Shown piece by piece: positions 49,943-62,085 of a stretch of 64,000 bases of DNA (its first letter is position 1; each line of letters starts with the position of its first letter). This DNA is from Mobula hypostoma (Eukaryota). The notes below the pieces were generated by a model. The model was not told the DNA's origin. It saw only the letters and a list, made by a program, of their open reading frames with translations, and did no database searches. The translations under genes were made by a program, and so were the position numbers. The stretch is taken from contig NC_086109.1 in NCBI RefSeq assembly GCF_963921235.1, positions 19,222,001-19,286,000 of the forward strand, read 5' to 3'.

Positions 49943-52084
49943 TATGCTCAAGCTTTTCAATCTGCTGTACGTCATCCCTACAATTGCCAAGATCCTTTTC
50001 GGTAGTGAATATTGAAGCAAAGTAGTCATTAAGTACCTCAGCTGTCTCCTCCGGTTCCCTGCACACTTTTCCACTGTCACACTTGATTGGTCCTATTCTC
50101 TCACACCTTATCCTCTTGCTCTTCACATACTTGTAGAATGTCGTGGCATTTTCTTTAATCCTGCTTGCCAAGGCCTTCCCATGGCCCCTTCTGGCTCTCC
50201 TAATTTCATTCTTATGCTCCTGGTAGCCTTATAACCTTCTAGATCTCGATCATTACCTAGATTTTTCAACCTTTCGTTATCTTTTCTTTTCAACAGCATT
50301 TGTACACCACCGTTCCTGTACCCTACCATCCTTTCCCTGTCTTATTGGAATATACCCATGTAGAATGCCTTGCAAATATCCCCTGAACATTTACCACATT
50401 TCTGCTGTACAGTTCCCTGAGAACATCTGTTCCCAATTTATGCTTCCAAGTCCCTGCCTGATAGCTTCATATTTCCCCTTACTCCAATTAAACATTTTCC
50501 TAACTTGTCTGTTCCTAACCCTCTCCAACGTTATGGTAAAGGAAATGGAATTGTGATCACTATCTGCAAAATGCACTCCCACTGTGAGACCTGACACCTG
50601 ACAAGGTTCATTTCTCAATTCCAGATGAAGAACAGCCTCTCCTCTTGTAGGCTTATTGTGTCAGGAAACCTTCCTGAACACACCTAACAAACTTCACCCC
50701 ATCTAAACCCTTTGCTCTGGAGAGATGCCAATCAATATTTGGGAAATTAAAATCTCCCACCACGACAATCCTGTTATGATACCTTTCCAGAATCTGTCTC
50801 CCTATCTGCTCCTCAATGTCACTGTTACTATTGGGTGGTCTATAAAAAACACCCAGTAGAGATATTGACCCGTTCCTGTTTCTAACTTCCACCCACAGAG
50901 ACTCAGAAGACAATCCCTCCATGACTTCCTCCTTTTCTGCAGCTGTGACACCATCTCTTCTGCCTCCCTCCCTGTACTTTCTGAAACATCTAAAGCCCGG
51001 CACTCTAAGTAACCATTCCTGCCCCTGAGCCATTCACGTCTGTGTAACGGCCACAACATCATAGCTGTAATCATCATAGCTATACAGATCAAATCATTAC
51101 ACAGTTCATTGAGCTAGAAAAAAAGTAAAACAATAACAATTCAGGATTCAAGATTCAAGACATTCTATTGTTATTTTTCAGTACCTGAGTGAACAAAAGG
51201 AGAAAAAAATAATTGTTACTCCAGATCCGATGCAGCTTAAGTAAACACAATAAACATAAAAACACAATAAAAATAGAAAAAAACACAACAAATATAAATA
51301 GAAAAGAAATACTATAAAACACAATGTACAAGTATCTGTTTTAAGTGTGGCTGTGTATACATAAGATTCACATAAACTGATTGTATTCAGTCTACAATTG
51401 GAATAAAGTATAAAAGCTAACAAAGAAGTGCAGTGCAGGTAAACAAAGTCTTAAAGTTATAATAACATACAAACGTAGATTGTGAGGCTAAGAGTCCATC
51501 TTATCATATAAGAGGTCCATACAAAAGTCTAATAACAGTGGGATAGAAGCTGTTTTGGTCTATTGAAACTCTACAGCATCCACAGGATAGGAAGTAGTGC
51601 GAAATGTTTGGTTCATTAGGATTTGTATTTCAAAAGTGTTTGAATAATTAGAAGACCTCCAATTGATAAGTACAAACTACTAGAAGTGGGATATGGCTTA
51701 ATAAGCTCCGACATAAAGCAACAATGCCCATGATCATTTATAGATACAGTATTTTACTGCATTATAAGGACTAAGTCAACACAAGTTGTTATTGAATTAA
51801 TTTTGTTAAAATGTTGGGGAGAAGCCCAATAGTGACAGATAGCAGCTAGTATTAATCAAGATATGTTGAGTACAGAACTGAAAAGAAAAAAAATACGTAA
51901 AGTCTGTACCAAAGTCTATGTGGACCACATGAATTCCTGTACACTGATCTGAAATGGTTATGATAGAAAAATATTGTGTTATTGAAAAAACCGTAAAGTT
52001 CTTTAGAAACATATCTGCATTGTAATTGATTTGTGTGTGTTGTTTTCTATTTGACTCTTTTTGACCCATTTCCCCAACTGATGA

Positions 52085-52790
52085 AGATCCCGTTATAATC
52101 TACAATAACCATCTACACTACCAACATCACCTCCTAATTTTGTATTATCTGCAAACTTATTGATCAAGCCCTGTGCTTTCACATTCAAATCATTGGTATA
52201 AATAATGAATAACAAGGGTCTCAAAACTAACCCATGTGACACAACACTAGTCACCATTCTCCATTCTCCGAGAAACAACCTTAAAACCACTACCCACTGC
52301 TTCCTGCTTCTGAGCTAATTTTGAATCTACCTAATTAGCTCTTCCTGGATTCCATGGGTGATTTTAAATTGGGACAGCCTGCAGATAATGAACACTGAGC
52401 TGAACTGCATATGCCTGGACTCTTTCAATTCTGTGTTTTATATTCTGTGTGTTTCATTCTTTTTGTGCCATTTCTGCAATTTGTTTTTTTTTTGCATGTG
52501 AGGAGGGTTAATTCTTCGAACGGCTTGCATGGTTTTCTTTGTTTCTTGGCTGTGTGTGGGGAAGATAAATCTCTGGGTTGTGTACTGCATACATATTTTG
52601 ATAATAAATAAATTTTGAATCTCTTGAATCCTTGAATCTTTAACCTAATCTTTCAGATTAGTCTATCATGCAGGATCTTTTTGAAGGCTTTGCTAAAATC
52701 CAAACAGACAACATCCACAGCTCTACCATTATCTACCATTTTGGTTACCTCTTTAAACAGCTCTAAAAGGATTGTCAGACATGACTAGTA
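52085..52790 (-). mobile_element. Old CR1 RT fragment with a plus-strand LINE-tail repeat inserted at ~52380-52640
   Basis: VTSVVSHGLVLRPLLFIIYTNDL..NKFADNTKLGG; (tcttgaa) tail at ~52615-52640. Confidence 0.7.
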
Positions 52791-52937
52791 CCCCACCATA
52801 GTAAAACTGAAGACTAAAATGCACAGGGGAACAGATATTGGTATATCTGACCTCTCATCCCATCTCTGGACTTAGCACTGAGTGAATAGAGAGGCCAGTT
52901 ACCCTTCACAACCATCATTGCAGCTTTATGCCAATCA

Positions 52938-53675
52938 TAACCATAGAAACCATAGAAACTACAGCACAGAAACAGGTCTTTTGGCCCTTCTTGGGGCTGT
53001 GCCGAACCATTTTCTGCCTAGTCCCACTGACCTGCACACGGACCATATCCCTCCATACACCTCCCATCCATGTATCTGTCCAATTTATTCTTAAATGTTA
53101 AAAAAGAACCTGCATTTACCACCTCGTCTGGCAGCCCCCCCTAATGTTTCCTTTAAACTTTTCCCCCCTCACACTTAACCCATGTCCTCTGGTTTTTTTC
53201 TCCCTTTGTCTCAGTGGAAAAAGCCTGCCATTCACTCTTTCTATACCCATCATAATTTTATATACCTCTATCAAATCACCCCTCATTCTTCTACGCTCCA
53301 GGGAATAAAGTCCTAACCTATTCAACCTTTCTCTGTAACTGAGTTTCTCAAGTCCCGGCAACATCCTTGTAAACCTTCTCTGCACTCTTTCAACCTTATT
53401 TATATCCTTCCTGTAATTTGGTGACCAAAACTGAACACAATACTCCAGATTCGGCCTCACCAATGCCTTATACAACCTCATCATAACATTCCAGCTCTTA
53501 TACTCAATACTTTGATTAATAAAGGCCAATGTACCAAAAGCTCTCTTTACGACCCTATCTACTTGTGACACCACTTTTAGGGAATTTTGTATCTGTATTC
53601 CCAGATCTCTCTGTTCTACTGCACTCCTCAGTGCCTTACCATTAACCCTGTATGTTCTACCTTGGTTTGTCCATC
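52938..53675 (-). mobile_element. CR1 3' fragment, ORF 53116-53574
   Basis: LYKALVRPNLEYCVQFWSP..RRRMRGDLIEVYK..TRGH; (ccatagaaa)n tail. Confidence 0.9.
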
Positions 53676-54732
53676 CAGCTCGTGTACCTCACTTAACCCT
53701 GTCCATTTCAGTTTCACCAACCTTCAGTACAAAGTTATTTGCTTAATTTTAATGAATATTATTAACCTTCATAGTAAATATGAATAGAGATCTGGAGCTA
53801 TGAAGCATGAAAACAGGCTCCTCAGGACATAGAAGCATCTACAATGTTAGATGACTGCAGTAATAATCAAATGGTTAAATCAGGAGGAAGTATTTTATCC
53901 ACCAAATCAATGTTCTGCTGAAGGAACTATAAATAAAAAGAAGGTTGAACAAAACCTATGCAATGAGTGTCATCGTATATAATGAATATGTTCTAACTGC
54001 ATGACATTTCATGGATAAAAGCACCTAAGCTGCACCAATGAAAGAAAGAGATTAAGGGAAGGAGTATGATCTGGAACATGATTTGTAAAGAAAAGTGCAG
54101 GTGGCGGGAGAGGTAATGTAACTGTCCCTTCCATTTAAAGCTGTAGTTTATTCTCCGAACTATTGGTAAACCCAGAGAACATAATGTCTCACAGACCCAT
54201 TGACCCCAATCAGTGGTACCCGGCAGGTATTGGGCTTATCAACTCCTATATGGTGGAACTTGCACTGATATCCTAATTCCTGCATCTCACCACATGGCAA
54301 GGATAAAGTGGGATGAGAAAGAATGAAATTAAATTAATCCATTTGCATGTGGAAATGATTGAGAAAAGCTTAGACCTACTAAAGGAGATGAAAAATGCAC
54401 AGGATTTTATGGAATGTCCTGTTGTGACCACCGAGAAATCACATAGAAGATTGTGATACTACAGCACTGCCACATTTTTTAATTTACTTGTGAAATAAAA
54501 AGTTCCACACAATAAAGACCCACACTCAATGTTTTGGAAACAGCTTCTTACCCTCCACCATCTGGTTTCTGAATGGTCCATAAACCCATGAACCCTTGCA
54601 CTTTTATACAGTTATTATATTTATTGTAATGTATAGTAATTCTTTAAGTCTTGCACTCTACTGCTGCTACAAAACAACAAATTTCACAAATCATGTTAAT
54701 AATAATAAACATGATTCTGCTTTTGAGAGTCT

Positions 54733-54832
54733 CGACACGAAGGGTCTCGGCCTGAAACGTCGACTGTACCTCTTCCTAGAGATGCTGACTGGCCTGCTGC
54801 GTTCACCAGCAAATTTGACGTGTGTCTGCTTC
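54733..54832 (+). mobile_element. Penelope pseudo-LTR remnant
   Basis: ACGAAGGGTCTCGGCCTGAAACGTCGACTG..gcctgctgcgttcaccagc. Confidence 0.7.
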
Positions 54833-56281
54833 TGAGATTTGTGAAGCTCTCTCCTTGGAATTATACCACTGGTTAAGCATCTCTCTAAGGATTTTAAATT
54901 AAATGGGCTTTTTCTTCTGTGTTATGTATTTACATCTTGGGCAGTGCCTATTCAAAGACATGGACACAATGGAAAACATATCTAACTTCAGTGGGCTAAA
55001 CCTCTCATTGGCACAAGTTTACCAGCCCATTCACTGTAAAGCTTGTGGTATTTTGTGTTTGGTTTTTGCATTCAAAATATTTTTTATAAAGTAATTAAAA
55101 GTAACTGTAAAATGATGAAACACGTAATTAAAATGTATTTAACAAACCAAAATATTTATTTCTAAAGGGATCTTATTTACTCTTTGCTTTCTTTCCAGCA
55201 GCCCAACAATACTTTTTTGCAACTTAGACCATAAGACCATAAGACATAGGAGCAGAAGTTTTGAAAAGTTTGGGGTGCGAACTTCTGTGCAATCTTAATT
55301 GACGTGAAATCTGAAAGCAGATGAGAAATGAGATGAGAAATCTAAGCAGAATGGAGAAGTGCCATGTGATTCAATGGGGAATCCTGCTGCAAATGGCAGT
55401 ACTGTCTGGGCTGGTAAGTTTGGGATTTCTTGAGCCCTGCCCTACTAATGCTGAGAAATATCAGTTATTGGCAGCATTCCCTGGTAATCTGTGGTAATTA
55501 TGCCACATTACCTGCTGATTTTCTGGATATACAGAGCATTTCACAGTGTAATAAGTGCTTAATGTTCAGTATGAAAGGGAATCTATAGATCTGATAGTCT
55601 AAAGATTAATGAGACCTCAAAATATGCTTCTGAATCCCACAACATCCATGACAAGACTGTTTGGAGATTAAGGCTTGTCAGAAGCATGACAAACTCAGAT
55701 TCTAGGATCAAGAGAGTGTTTCAGACTGAGTAAGGGAACACAAGTCTGAGCTGCAACTATCATCGAGATACACGTATATATGTGATTTAGCCATGGACAT
55801 GCGAGATAAAGTTTCTAAATTTGCAGATGATAAAAACCTTGGAAGGGAGGCAAACAAACAGAAAAATAATAATTAGCTGCAGAAAGACAAGGATAGTCTA
55901 GCTAAATAGAGAGATAAATGGCAAATGAAATTTAACCCAAAGAGTATGTCTTAGGAGGAAAGGTTGAGAGAGTTAGGGCTTTACTCTTTGCAACAAATGA
56001 GGATGAGAGGTGTCCTGACAGAGCACTGCAAAATGATAAAAGGCATCCATGGAGTGGACAGCCAGAGACTTTTCTCTCAGGATGCAAGTGGCTAATACAA
56101 GGGGGCATAATTTTAAGGTGATCGGAAGAAAGTACGGGTGGGAGGGGGGGTATTACTAGGGAGTGGTAGGTGTGTGTACACCCTGCCATGAGTGGGTTGA
56201 GGCGGAGATATTAAAGACTGTAGGGGTTACTTGAAAAACAAACTAAAACCACTTGGAGACTGAATACAGGAATTGACACCA

Positions 56282-59200
56282 TAAGCAAAAAGTAGTAAGG
56301 AGAAAAGTAAAAGTGGCAGGCCGACAAATCCAGGGAAGGCATCAAAAAGGGCCACTTTTCAACATAATTGTATAAGGGCTAAGAGAGTTGTAAAAGAGCG
56401 CCTGAAGGCTTTGTGTGTCAATGCAAGGAGCATTCGTAATAAGGTGGATGAATTGAAAGTGCAGATTGTTATTAATGATTATGATATAGTTGGGATCACA
56501 GAGACATCGCTCCAGGGTGACCAAGGATGGGAGCTCAACGTTCAGAGATATTCAATATTCAGGAGGGATAGACATGAAAGAAAAGGAGGTGGGGTGGCGT
56601 TGCTGGTTAAAGAGGAGATTAACGCAATAGAAAGGAAGGACATAAGCCGGGAAGATGTGGAATCGATATGGGTAGAGCTGCGTAACACTAAGGGGCAGAA
56701 AACACTGGTGGGAGTTGTGTACAGGCCACCTAACAGTAGTAGTGAGGTCAGAGATGGTATTAAACAGGAAATTAGAAATGTGTGCAATAAAGGAACAGCA
56801 GTTATAATGGGTGACTTCAATCTACATGTAGATTGGGTGAACCAAATTGGTAAAGGTGCTGAGGAAGAGGATTTCTTGGAATGTATGTGGGATTGTTTTT
56901 TGAACCAACATGTTGAGGAAGCAACTAGAGAGCAGGCTATTCTGGACTGGGTTTTGAGCAATGAGGAAGGGTTAATTAGCAATCTTGTCATGAGAGGCCC
57001 CTTGGGTAAGAGTGACCATAATATGGTGGAATTCTTCATTAAGATGGAGAGTGACATAGTTAATTCAGAAACAAAGGTTCTGAACTTAAAGAGGGGTAAC
57101 TTTGGAGGTATGAGACGTGAATTAGCTAAGATAGACTGGCAAATGACACTTAAAGGATTGACGGTGGATATGCAATGGCAAGCATTTAAAGGTTGCATGG
57201 ATGAACTGCAACAATTGTTCATCCCAGTGTGGCAAAAGAATAAATCAAGGAAGGTAGTGCACCCGTGGCTGACAAGAGAAATTAGGGATAGTATCAATTC
57301 CAAAGAAGAAGCATACAAATTAGCCAGAAAAAGTGGCTCACCTGAGGACTGGGAGAAATTCAGAGTTCAGCAGAGGAGGACAAAGGGCTTAAATAGGAAG
57401 GGGAAAAAAGATTATGAGAGAAAACTGGCAGGGAACATAAAAACTGACCGTAAAAGCTTTTATAGATATATAAAAAGGAGAAGACTGGTAGAGACAAATG
57501 TAGGTCCCCTACAGACAGAAACAGGTGAATTGATTATGGGGAGCAAGGACATGGCAGACCAATTGAATAATTACTTTGGTTCTGTCTTCACTAAGGAGGA
57601 CATAAATAATCTTCCAGAAATAGTAGGGGACAGAAGGTCCAGTGAGATGGAGGAACTGAGTGAAATTCATGTTAGTAGGGAAGTGGTGTTAGGTAAATTG
57701 AAGGGATTGAAGGCAGATAAATCCCCAGGGTCAGATGGTCTGCATCCCAGAGTGCTTAAGGAAGTAGCCCAAGAAATAGTGGATGCATTGGTGATAATTT
57801 TTCAAAACTCGTTAGATTCTGGACTAGTTCCTGAGGATTGGAGGGTGGCTAATGTAACCCCACTTTTTAAAAAAGGAGGGAGAGAGAAACCAGGAAATTA
57901 TAGACCGGTTAGCCTAACGTCGGTGGTGGGGAAGCTGCTGGAATCAGTTATCAAAGATGTGATAACAGCACATTTGGAAAGCGGTGAAATCATCGGACAA
58001 AGTCAGCATGGATTTGTGAAAGGAAAATCATGTCTGACGAATCTCACAGAATTTTTTGAGGATGTAACTAGTAGAGTGGATAGGGGAGAACCAGTGGATG
58101 TGGTATATTTGGATTTTCAAAAGGCTTTTGACAAGGTCCCACACAGGAGGTTAGTGTGCAAACTTAAAGCACACGGTATTGGGGGTAAGGTATTGATGTG
58201 GATAGAGAATTGGTTAGCAGGCAGGAAGCAAAGAGTGGGAATAAACGGGACCTTTTCAGAATGGCAGGCGGTGACTAGTGGGGTACCGCAAGGCTCAGTG
58301 CTGGGACCCCAGTTGTTTACAATATATATTAATGACTTGGATGAGGGAATTAAATGTAGCATCTCCAAGTTTGCGGATGACACGAAGCTGGGTGGCAGTG
58401 TTAGCTGTGAGGAGGATGCTAAGAGGATGCAGAGTGACTTGGATAGGTTGGGTGAGTGGGCAAATTCAGGGCAGATGCAATTTAATGTGGATAAATGTGA
58501 AGTTATCCACTTTGGTGGCAAAAATAGGAAAACAGATTATTATCTGAATGGTGGCCGATTAGGAAAAAGGGAGGTGCAACGAGACCTGGGTGTCATTATA
58601 CACCAGTCATTGAAAGTGGGCATGCAGGTACAGCAGGCGGTGAAAAAGGTGAATGGTATGCTGGCATTTATAGCAAGAGGATTCGAGTACAGGAGCAGGG
58701 ATGTACTACTGCAGTTCTACAAGGCCTTGGTGAGACCACACCTGGAGTATTGTGTGCAGTTTTGGTCCCCTAATCTGAGGAAAGACATCCTTGCCATAGA
58801 GGGAGTACAAAGTAGGTTCACCAGATTGATTCCTGGGATGGCAGGACTTTCATATGAAGAAAGACTGGATGAACTGGGCTTGTACTCGTTGGAATTTAGA
58901 AGATTGAGGGGGGATCTGATTGAAACGTATAAAATCCTAAAGGGATTGGACAGGCTAGAGGCAGGAAGATTGTTTCCGATGTTGGGGAAGTCCAGAACGA
59001 GGGGTCACAGTTTGAGGATAAAGGGGAAGCCTTTTAGGACTGAGATTAGGAAAAACTTCTTCACACAGAGAGTGATGAATCTGTGGAATTCTCTGCCACA
59101 GGAAACAGTTGAGGCCAGTTCATTGGCTATATTTAAGAGGGAGTTAGATATGACCCTTGTGGCTACGGGGATCAGGGGGTATGGAGGGAAGGCTGGGGCA

Positions 59201-59308
59201 GGGTTCTGAGTTGGATGATCAGCCATGATCATAATAAATGGCGGTGCAGGCTCGAAGGGCCGAATGGCCTACTCCTGCACCTATTTTCTATGTTTCTATG
59301 TTTCTATG
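56282..59308 (+). mobile_element. Young CR1 LINE, 5'-truncated just upstream of ORF2
   Basis: Complete ORF2, 3' UTR hairpin region and (TTTCTATG)x3 tail at ~59285-59308. Confidence 0.92.
56411..59209 (+). CDS. CR1 ORF2: apurinic-like endonuclease plus reverse transcriptase (932 aa, uninterrupted)
   Basis: NARSIRNK, GVVYRPP, GDFN, SDHN, NYRPVSLTS, QHGF, DFQKAFDKV, GVPQGSVLGP, FADD, RPHLEYC, TRGH, WNSLP. Confidence 0.93.
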   Translation: MCVNARSIRNKVDELKVQIVINDYDIVGITETSLQGDQGWELNVQRYSIFRRDRHERKGGGVALLVKEEINAIERKDISREDVESIWVELRNTKGQKTLVGVVYRPPNSSSEVRDGIKQEIRNVCNKGTAVIMGDFNLHVDWVNQIGKGAEEEDFLECMWDCFLNQHVEEATREQAILDWVLSNEEGLISNLVMRGPLGKSDHNMVEFFIKMESDIVNSETKVLNLKRGNFGGMRRELAKIDWQMTLKGLTVDMQWQAFKGCMDELQQLFIPVWQKNKSRKVVHPWLTREIRDSINSKEEAYKLARKSGSPEDWEKFRVQQRRTKGLNRKGKKDYERKLAGNIKTDRKSFYRYIKRRRLVETNVGPLQTETGELIMGSKDMADQLNNYFGSVFTKEDINNLPEIVGDRRSSEMEELSEIHVSREVVLGKLKGLKADKSPGSDGLHPRVLKEVAQEIVDALVIIFQNSLDSGLVPEDWRVANVTPLFKKGGREKPGNYRPVSLTSVVGKLLESVIKDVITAHLESGEIIGQSQHGFVKGKSCLTNLTEFFEDVTSRVDRGEPVDVVYLDFQKAFDKVPHRRLVCKLKAHGIGGKVLMWIENWLAGRKQRVGINGTFSEWQAVTSGVPQGSVLGPQLFTIYINDLDEGIKCSISKFADDTKLGGSVSCEEDAKRMQSDLDRLGEWANSGQMQFNVDKCEVIHFGGKNRKTDYYLNGGRLGKREVQRDLGVIIHQSLKVGMQVQQAVKKVNGMLAFIARGFEYRSRDVLLQFYKALVRPHLEYCVQFWSPNLRKDILAIEGVQSRFTRLIPGMAGLSYEERLDELGLYSLEFRRLRGDLIETYKILKGLDRLEAGRLFPMLGKSRTRGHSLRIKGKPFRTEIRKNFFTQRVMNLWNSLPQETVEASSLAIFKRELDMTLVATGIRGYGGKAGAGF

Positions 59309-59879
59309 ATGTGCTTCCAAATAATTGAGCTCCCCAAGTTGAACAACAGTATAGTCAATCCTTAATTATGAAACCAGCAAAAACAAACAATCTTATAGTG
59401 ATAAAAAAACTAACAAACCTAAATTAGCAAAACAGTAAAATAAGAGTAATCAGCATTTAAATTAGCATAATTAAGTGGTCAATAAAAAATATCATTCATG
59501 TCCGTGGCTGCCTCTAACTAAACTAAACTGACTAATGAAGTCAAAGCGTGAAGACATAACCGTACTCATTTGCTTCTACCACGTCCCAACCCACGCAACA
59601 AAGTATCATGGCCCATAATAAAAGTTCATCACAAGATACAATACAAACAAACAATAGATACATGTCTCCTTCAGGAACATTTAAGAAACTTTTAGATCAA
59701 CACAGGGATTATAAAGAAGAACAGCTATATAGGACGGAAGAGTTAAATTAATCTTAGAGGGTTAAAACGTCAACACAACATAATGGGCTGAAGGGCCTGT
59801 ACTGTGCTGTAGAGTTCTATGTTCTGTATTCCGATGATCCAATTTGACAACTAACATAAGCTACAGTATAGATTAGGTG

Positions 59880-60345
59880 CATATTTCTTAAAGGTGCGTA
59901 GCAGCACGGGGACATAGTTGTAAGGATAGCTAAATCCTTGAAATTAGAAGGGTATATCAGGAGAGTGGCTAGTAAAACATGTGGGATTCATTAAAAAGAG
60001 ATCCAGAATTGAAAAGTGTGAAAATTATGCTGAATTAGTGTAAAAAAAATGGGATATTGCCTTTAGCTGTTGTATCAAATCCAATTTTGGTCGCCTTACT
60101 TCTGAAAGGATATGAATGAAAGAAGATGCAGAGAAGATGTTCCAAGAACGAGGGATTTCAGCAAGAAGATTTGTTCTTCTTGGACCAAAAAAGTTTGAAA
60201 GGAAGTTTTAATAAGGTGAACAAAACAATGACTGATTTGGATAGGATTAATAGAGGCAAGTTCTTCCTGGAAGTAGGTGGGGCAAAGACCAAGGATTTCA
60301 GATTTAAAAGTTTAACCAAAAGTACTAGGAGGAAGTACAGAAAAC
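59880..60345 (+). mobile_element. Very old CR1 3' fragment
   Basis: caattttggtcgccttac..aagatgcagagaagatg resembles QFWSPY..KMQRR. Confidence 0.5.
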
Positions 60346-60354
60346 TGAAATACA

Positions 60355-60717
60355 TAGATCACTCTCCAACTCCCCCACAGTTATTATTCTTCAACCATTA
60401 GGTTCCTGAGCCCTTGTGGACAACTTCACCACAATACTGAACTGATCAATGAACACAATCTATGGACTCACTTTCAAGGACTCTACAAATCATGTTCTCA
60501 GTATTATTAACTTACTTATTATTATTATTTTGTATTTGCACAGCTTGTTTTCTTTTGTACATTAGTTGCTTGTTAATCTTTGTGTGTAGTTTTTCAGTAA
60601 TTCTATAGTATTTCACTGATCTACTGTGAATGCCCGCAAGTAAATGAACTGCAGGGTAGTATATTTTGTGACATATATGTACTTTGATAGTAAATTTACT
60701 TTGAACTTTGAACTTTG
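60355..60717 (+). mobile_element. Rex1-type 3' end repeat
   Basis: Tail tttgaactttgaacttt. Confidence 0.6.
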
Positions 60718-60719
60718 GT

Positions 60720-61135
60720 AGTTGGAGGCAGTCCTCTGGGGCACAAACTGCCTGGTCCCAGCGATGCCAAACACAAACAAGAGGGTTAGAACACATTGCA
60801 TTCCCACAGCCCTACCAAGTTTCCCAGAGCAGACAGGTGGCCTGAGGCAGTTCCCATAGAAATTGGGTATTATCTGCAATTCACAGTCTGTCGGGATAGT
60901 AGAGCTACTAGGACTTGATGTTTCAATCCCTATGGTAAGTCGGCACTCTCGATGTTGGCAGTGGGCTTGGAGTGGTGACAAGGAGGGAGGGTAGGCACGT
61001 CATCGGGGTCATCAGGTGGGCACCCTCCTTCTTTGACGTTTCATTGATAAGCCCACAACGTCTCCAGAGGGCTCAACGGTGCTACCTGGGGTCCCTCAGT
61101 TCCATACCCTCCTGTCTTCATCTTGCAGCCCAGAA
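60720..61135 (-). mobile_element. 3'-terminal fragment of a second, probably HERO-like family
   Basis: Minus strand ..TGGGCTGCAAGATGA (WAAR*) followed by the same RNA architecture as 45511-45629; no REL motifs remain, so the family call rests on this. Confidence 0.45.
61005..61082 (-). ncRNA. Second instance of the permuted/pseudoknotted hammerhead-like RNA
   Basis: Sense order GTTGA-GCCCTC-TGGA-GACGT-T-GTGGGC-TTA-TCAAT-GAA-ACGTC-AAAGAAG-GAGGGT-GCCCAC-CTGATGA. Confidence 0.6.
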
Positions 61136-61913
61136 AAAGAATCAGAGTGATTTTAATAGGACATGGGGAGGTTCTTAAAAGATGATAATTAGCATGCTTA
61201 TAAGGAAAGAAAACAGAATGAGATTGATGGGTTTTATAAGAAACAATAACTTATAAAAATTTCTAATTCTTGACTATTTACTGTAAACTGGGGCGGAGAG
61301 GGAAATAAAGTTTTCAAGAAGTGTTTCATTGATAGCTATCATGCAAAGAACATCATCATCAGTTGCAGAGGAGTATAAGCAGGGCTGAGCAATAAATCAG
61401 CCAGGATCCCTTTAGACAGCAGAGCAGATCCAGGGTAACAAACAGCCTCCTCCTGTTTTTGGCACTGAGAGAACCTGTAATGTCTGACCACAAATGTTAT
61501 GTTTGTTTATGGAAAAAATATGCATCTCAAATGCTATCAGCACTCACTTCAGCAATCTTTTCACCACTTCAAACAATTTGTTTTAATAAAAGCATTATGA
61601 TCCTTTGCTTTGCCAAGCACGTCTTCTACAATGTAATGATGAGGGAAAGTCACATCAAGTCCAGCCAAGAGAAAAGGACTAGCTGAGCTGTGACATTAAT
61701 ATCACAGCATGAAATCCTGAAACTAGACATGGCTGAAAAGTAATTCTCTTTATTAACCTAGGAGAGATTTGTGAAATTAATTACTCTACCACCATTTTGT
61801 GAAGAAATGTATACAGGCTCTCTCAGTACTTTATTGACTCATTCCCTCCCTTAATATCTAAGATTAAGATTAGCTTTATTTGTTACATGTACATCAAAGC
61901 ATACAGTGAAATA

Positions 61914-62072
61914 AAACGCAGACACAAGGAGATCTGCAGATGTTGGAAGTTCAAGCAACGCACACAGAAAATGCAGTTAGTCCTAACGAAGGGTCCCGGC
62001 CCAAACCGTCAACTGTACCTCTTCCTATAGATCTGCCTGGCCTGCTGCATTCACCAGCATTTTTTGTGTGAG
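61914..62072 (+). mobile_element. Penelope pseudo-LTR remnant with decayed hammerhead
   Basis: ctaacgaagggtcccggcccaaaccgtcaactg; TSD atacagtgaaata at 61901-61913 and 62073-62085. Confidence 0.65.
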
Positions 62073-62085
62073 ATACAGTGAAATA

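Larger units (their letters stand above)
43857..51075 (-). mobile_element. CR1 LINE (APE+RT ORF2, decayed) split by the HERO insertion at 45464-49942
   Basis: Tail atagaaacatagaa at ~43859; RT C-terminal ORFs 44001-44659; VPEDWRVVPLFKKG (45224-45442); APE motifs YRPP, GDFNFPNIDW, SDHN (50391-51033). Confidence 0.9.
55770..59830 (+). mobile_element. Old CR1 3' fragment (55770-56218 and 59674-59830) hosting nested insertions
   Basis: KFADDKNL at ~55818; ..gttgaggcggagata resumes as ggaacatttaagaaac at 59674; ttctatgttct tail at ~59815. Confidence 0.6.

Noticed and set aside
56542..58521. Long antisense ORFs (258 aa, 134 aa)
   Set aside because: Shadow frames of the CR1 ORF2.
60960..61020. PIF/Harbinger transposase remnant (GDK, LMTP-like words)
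   Set aside because: The words lie on opposite strands; the region is better explained by the hammerhead-like UTR.
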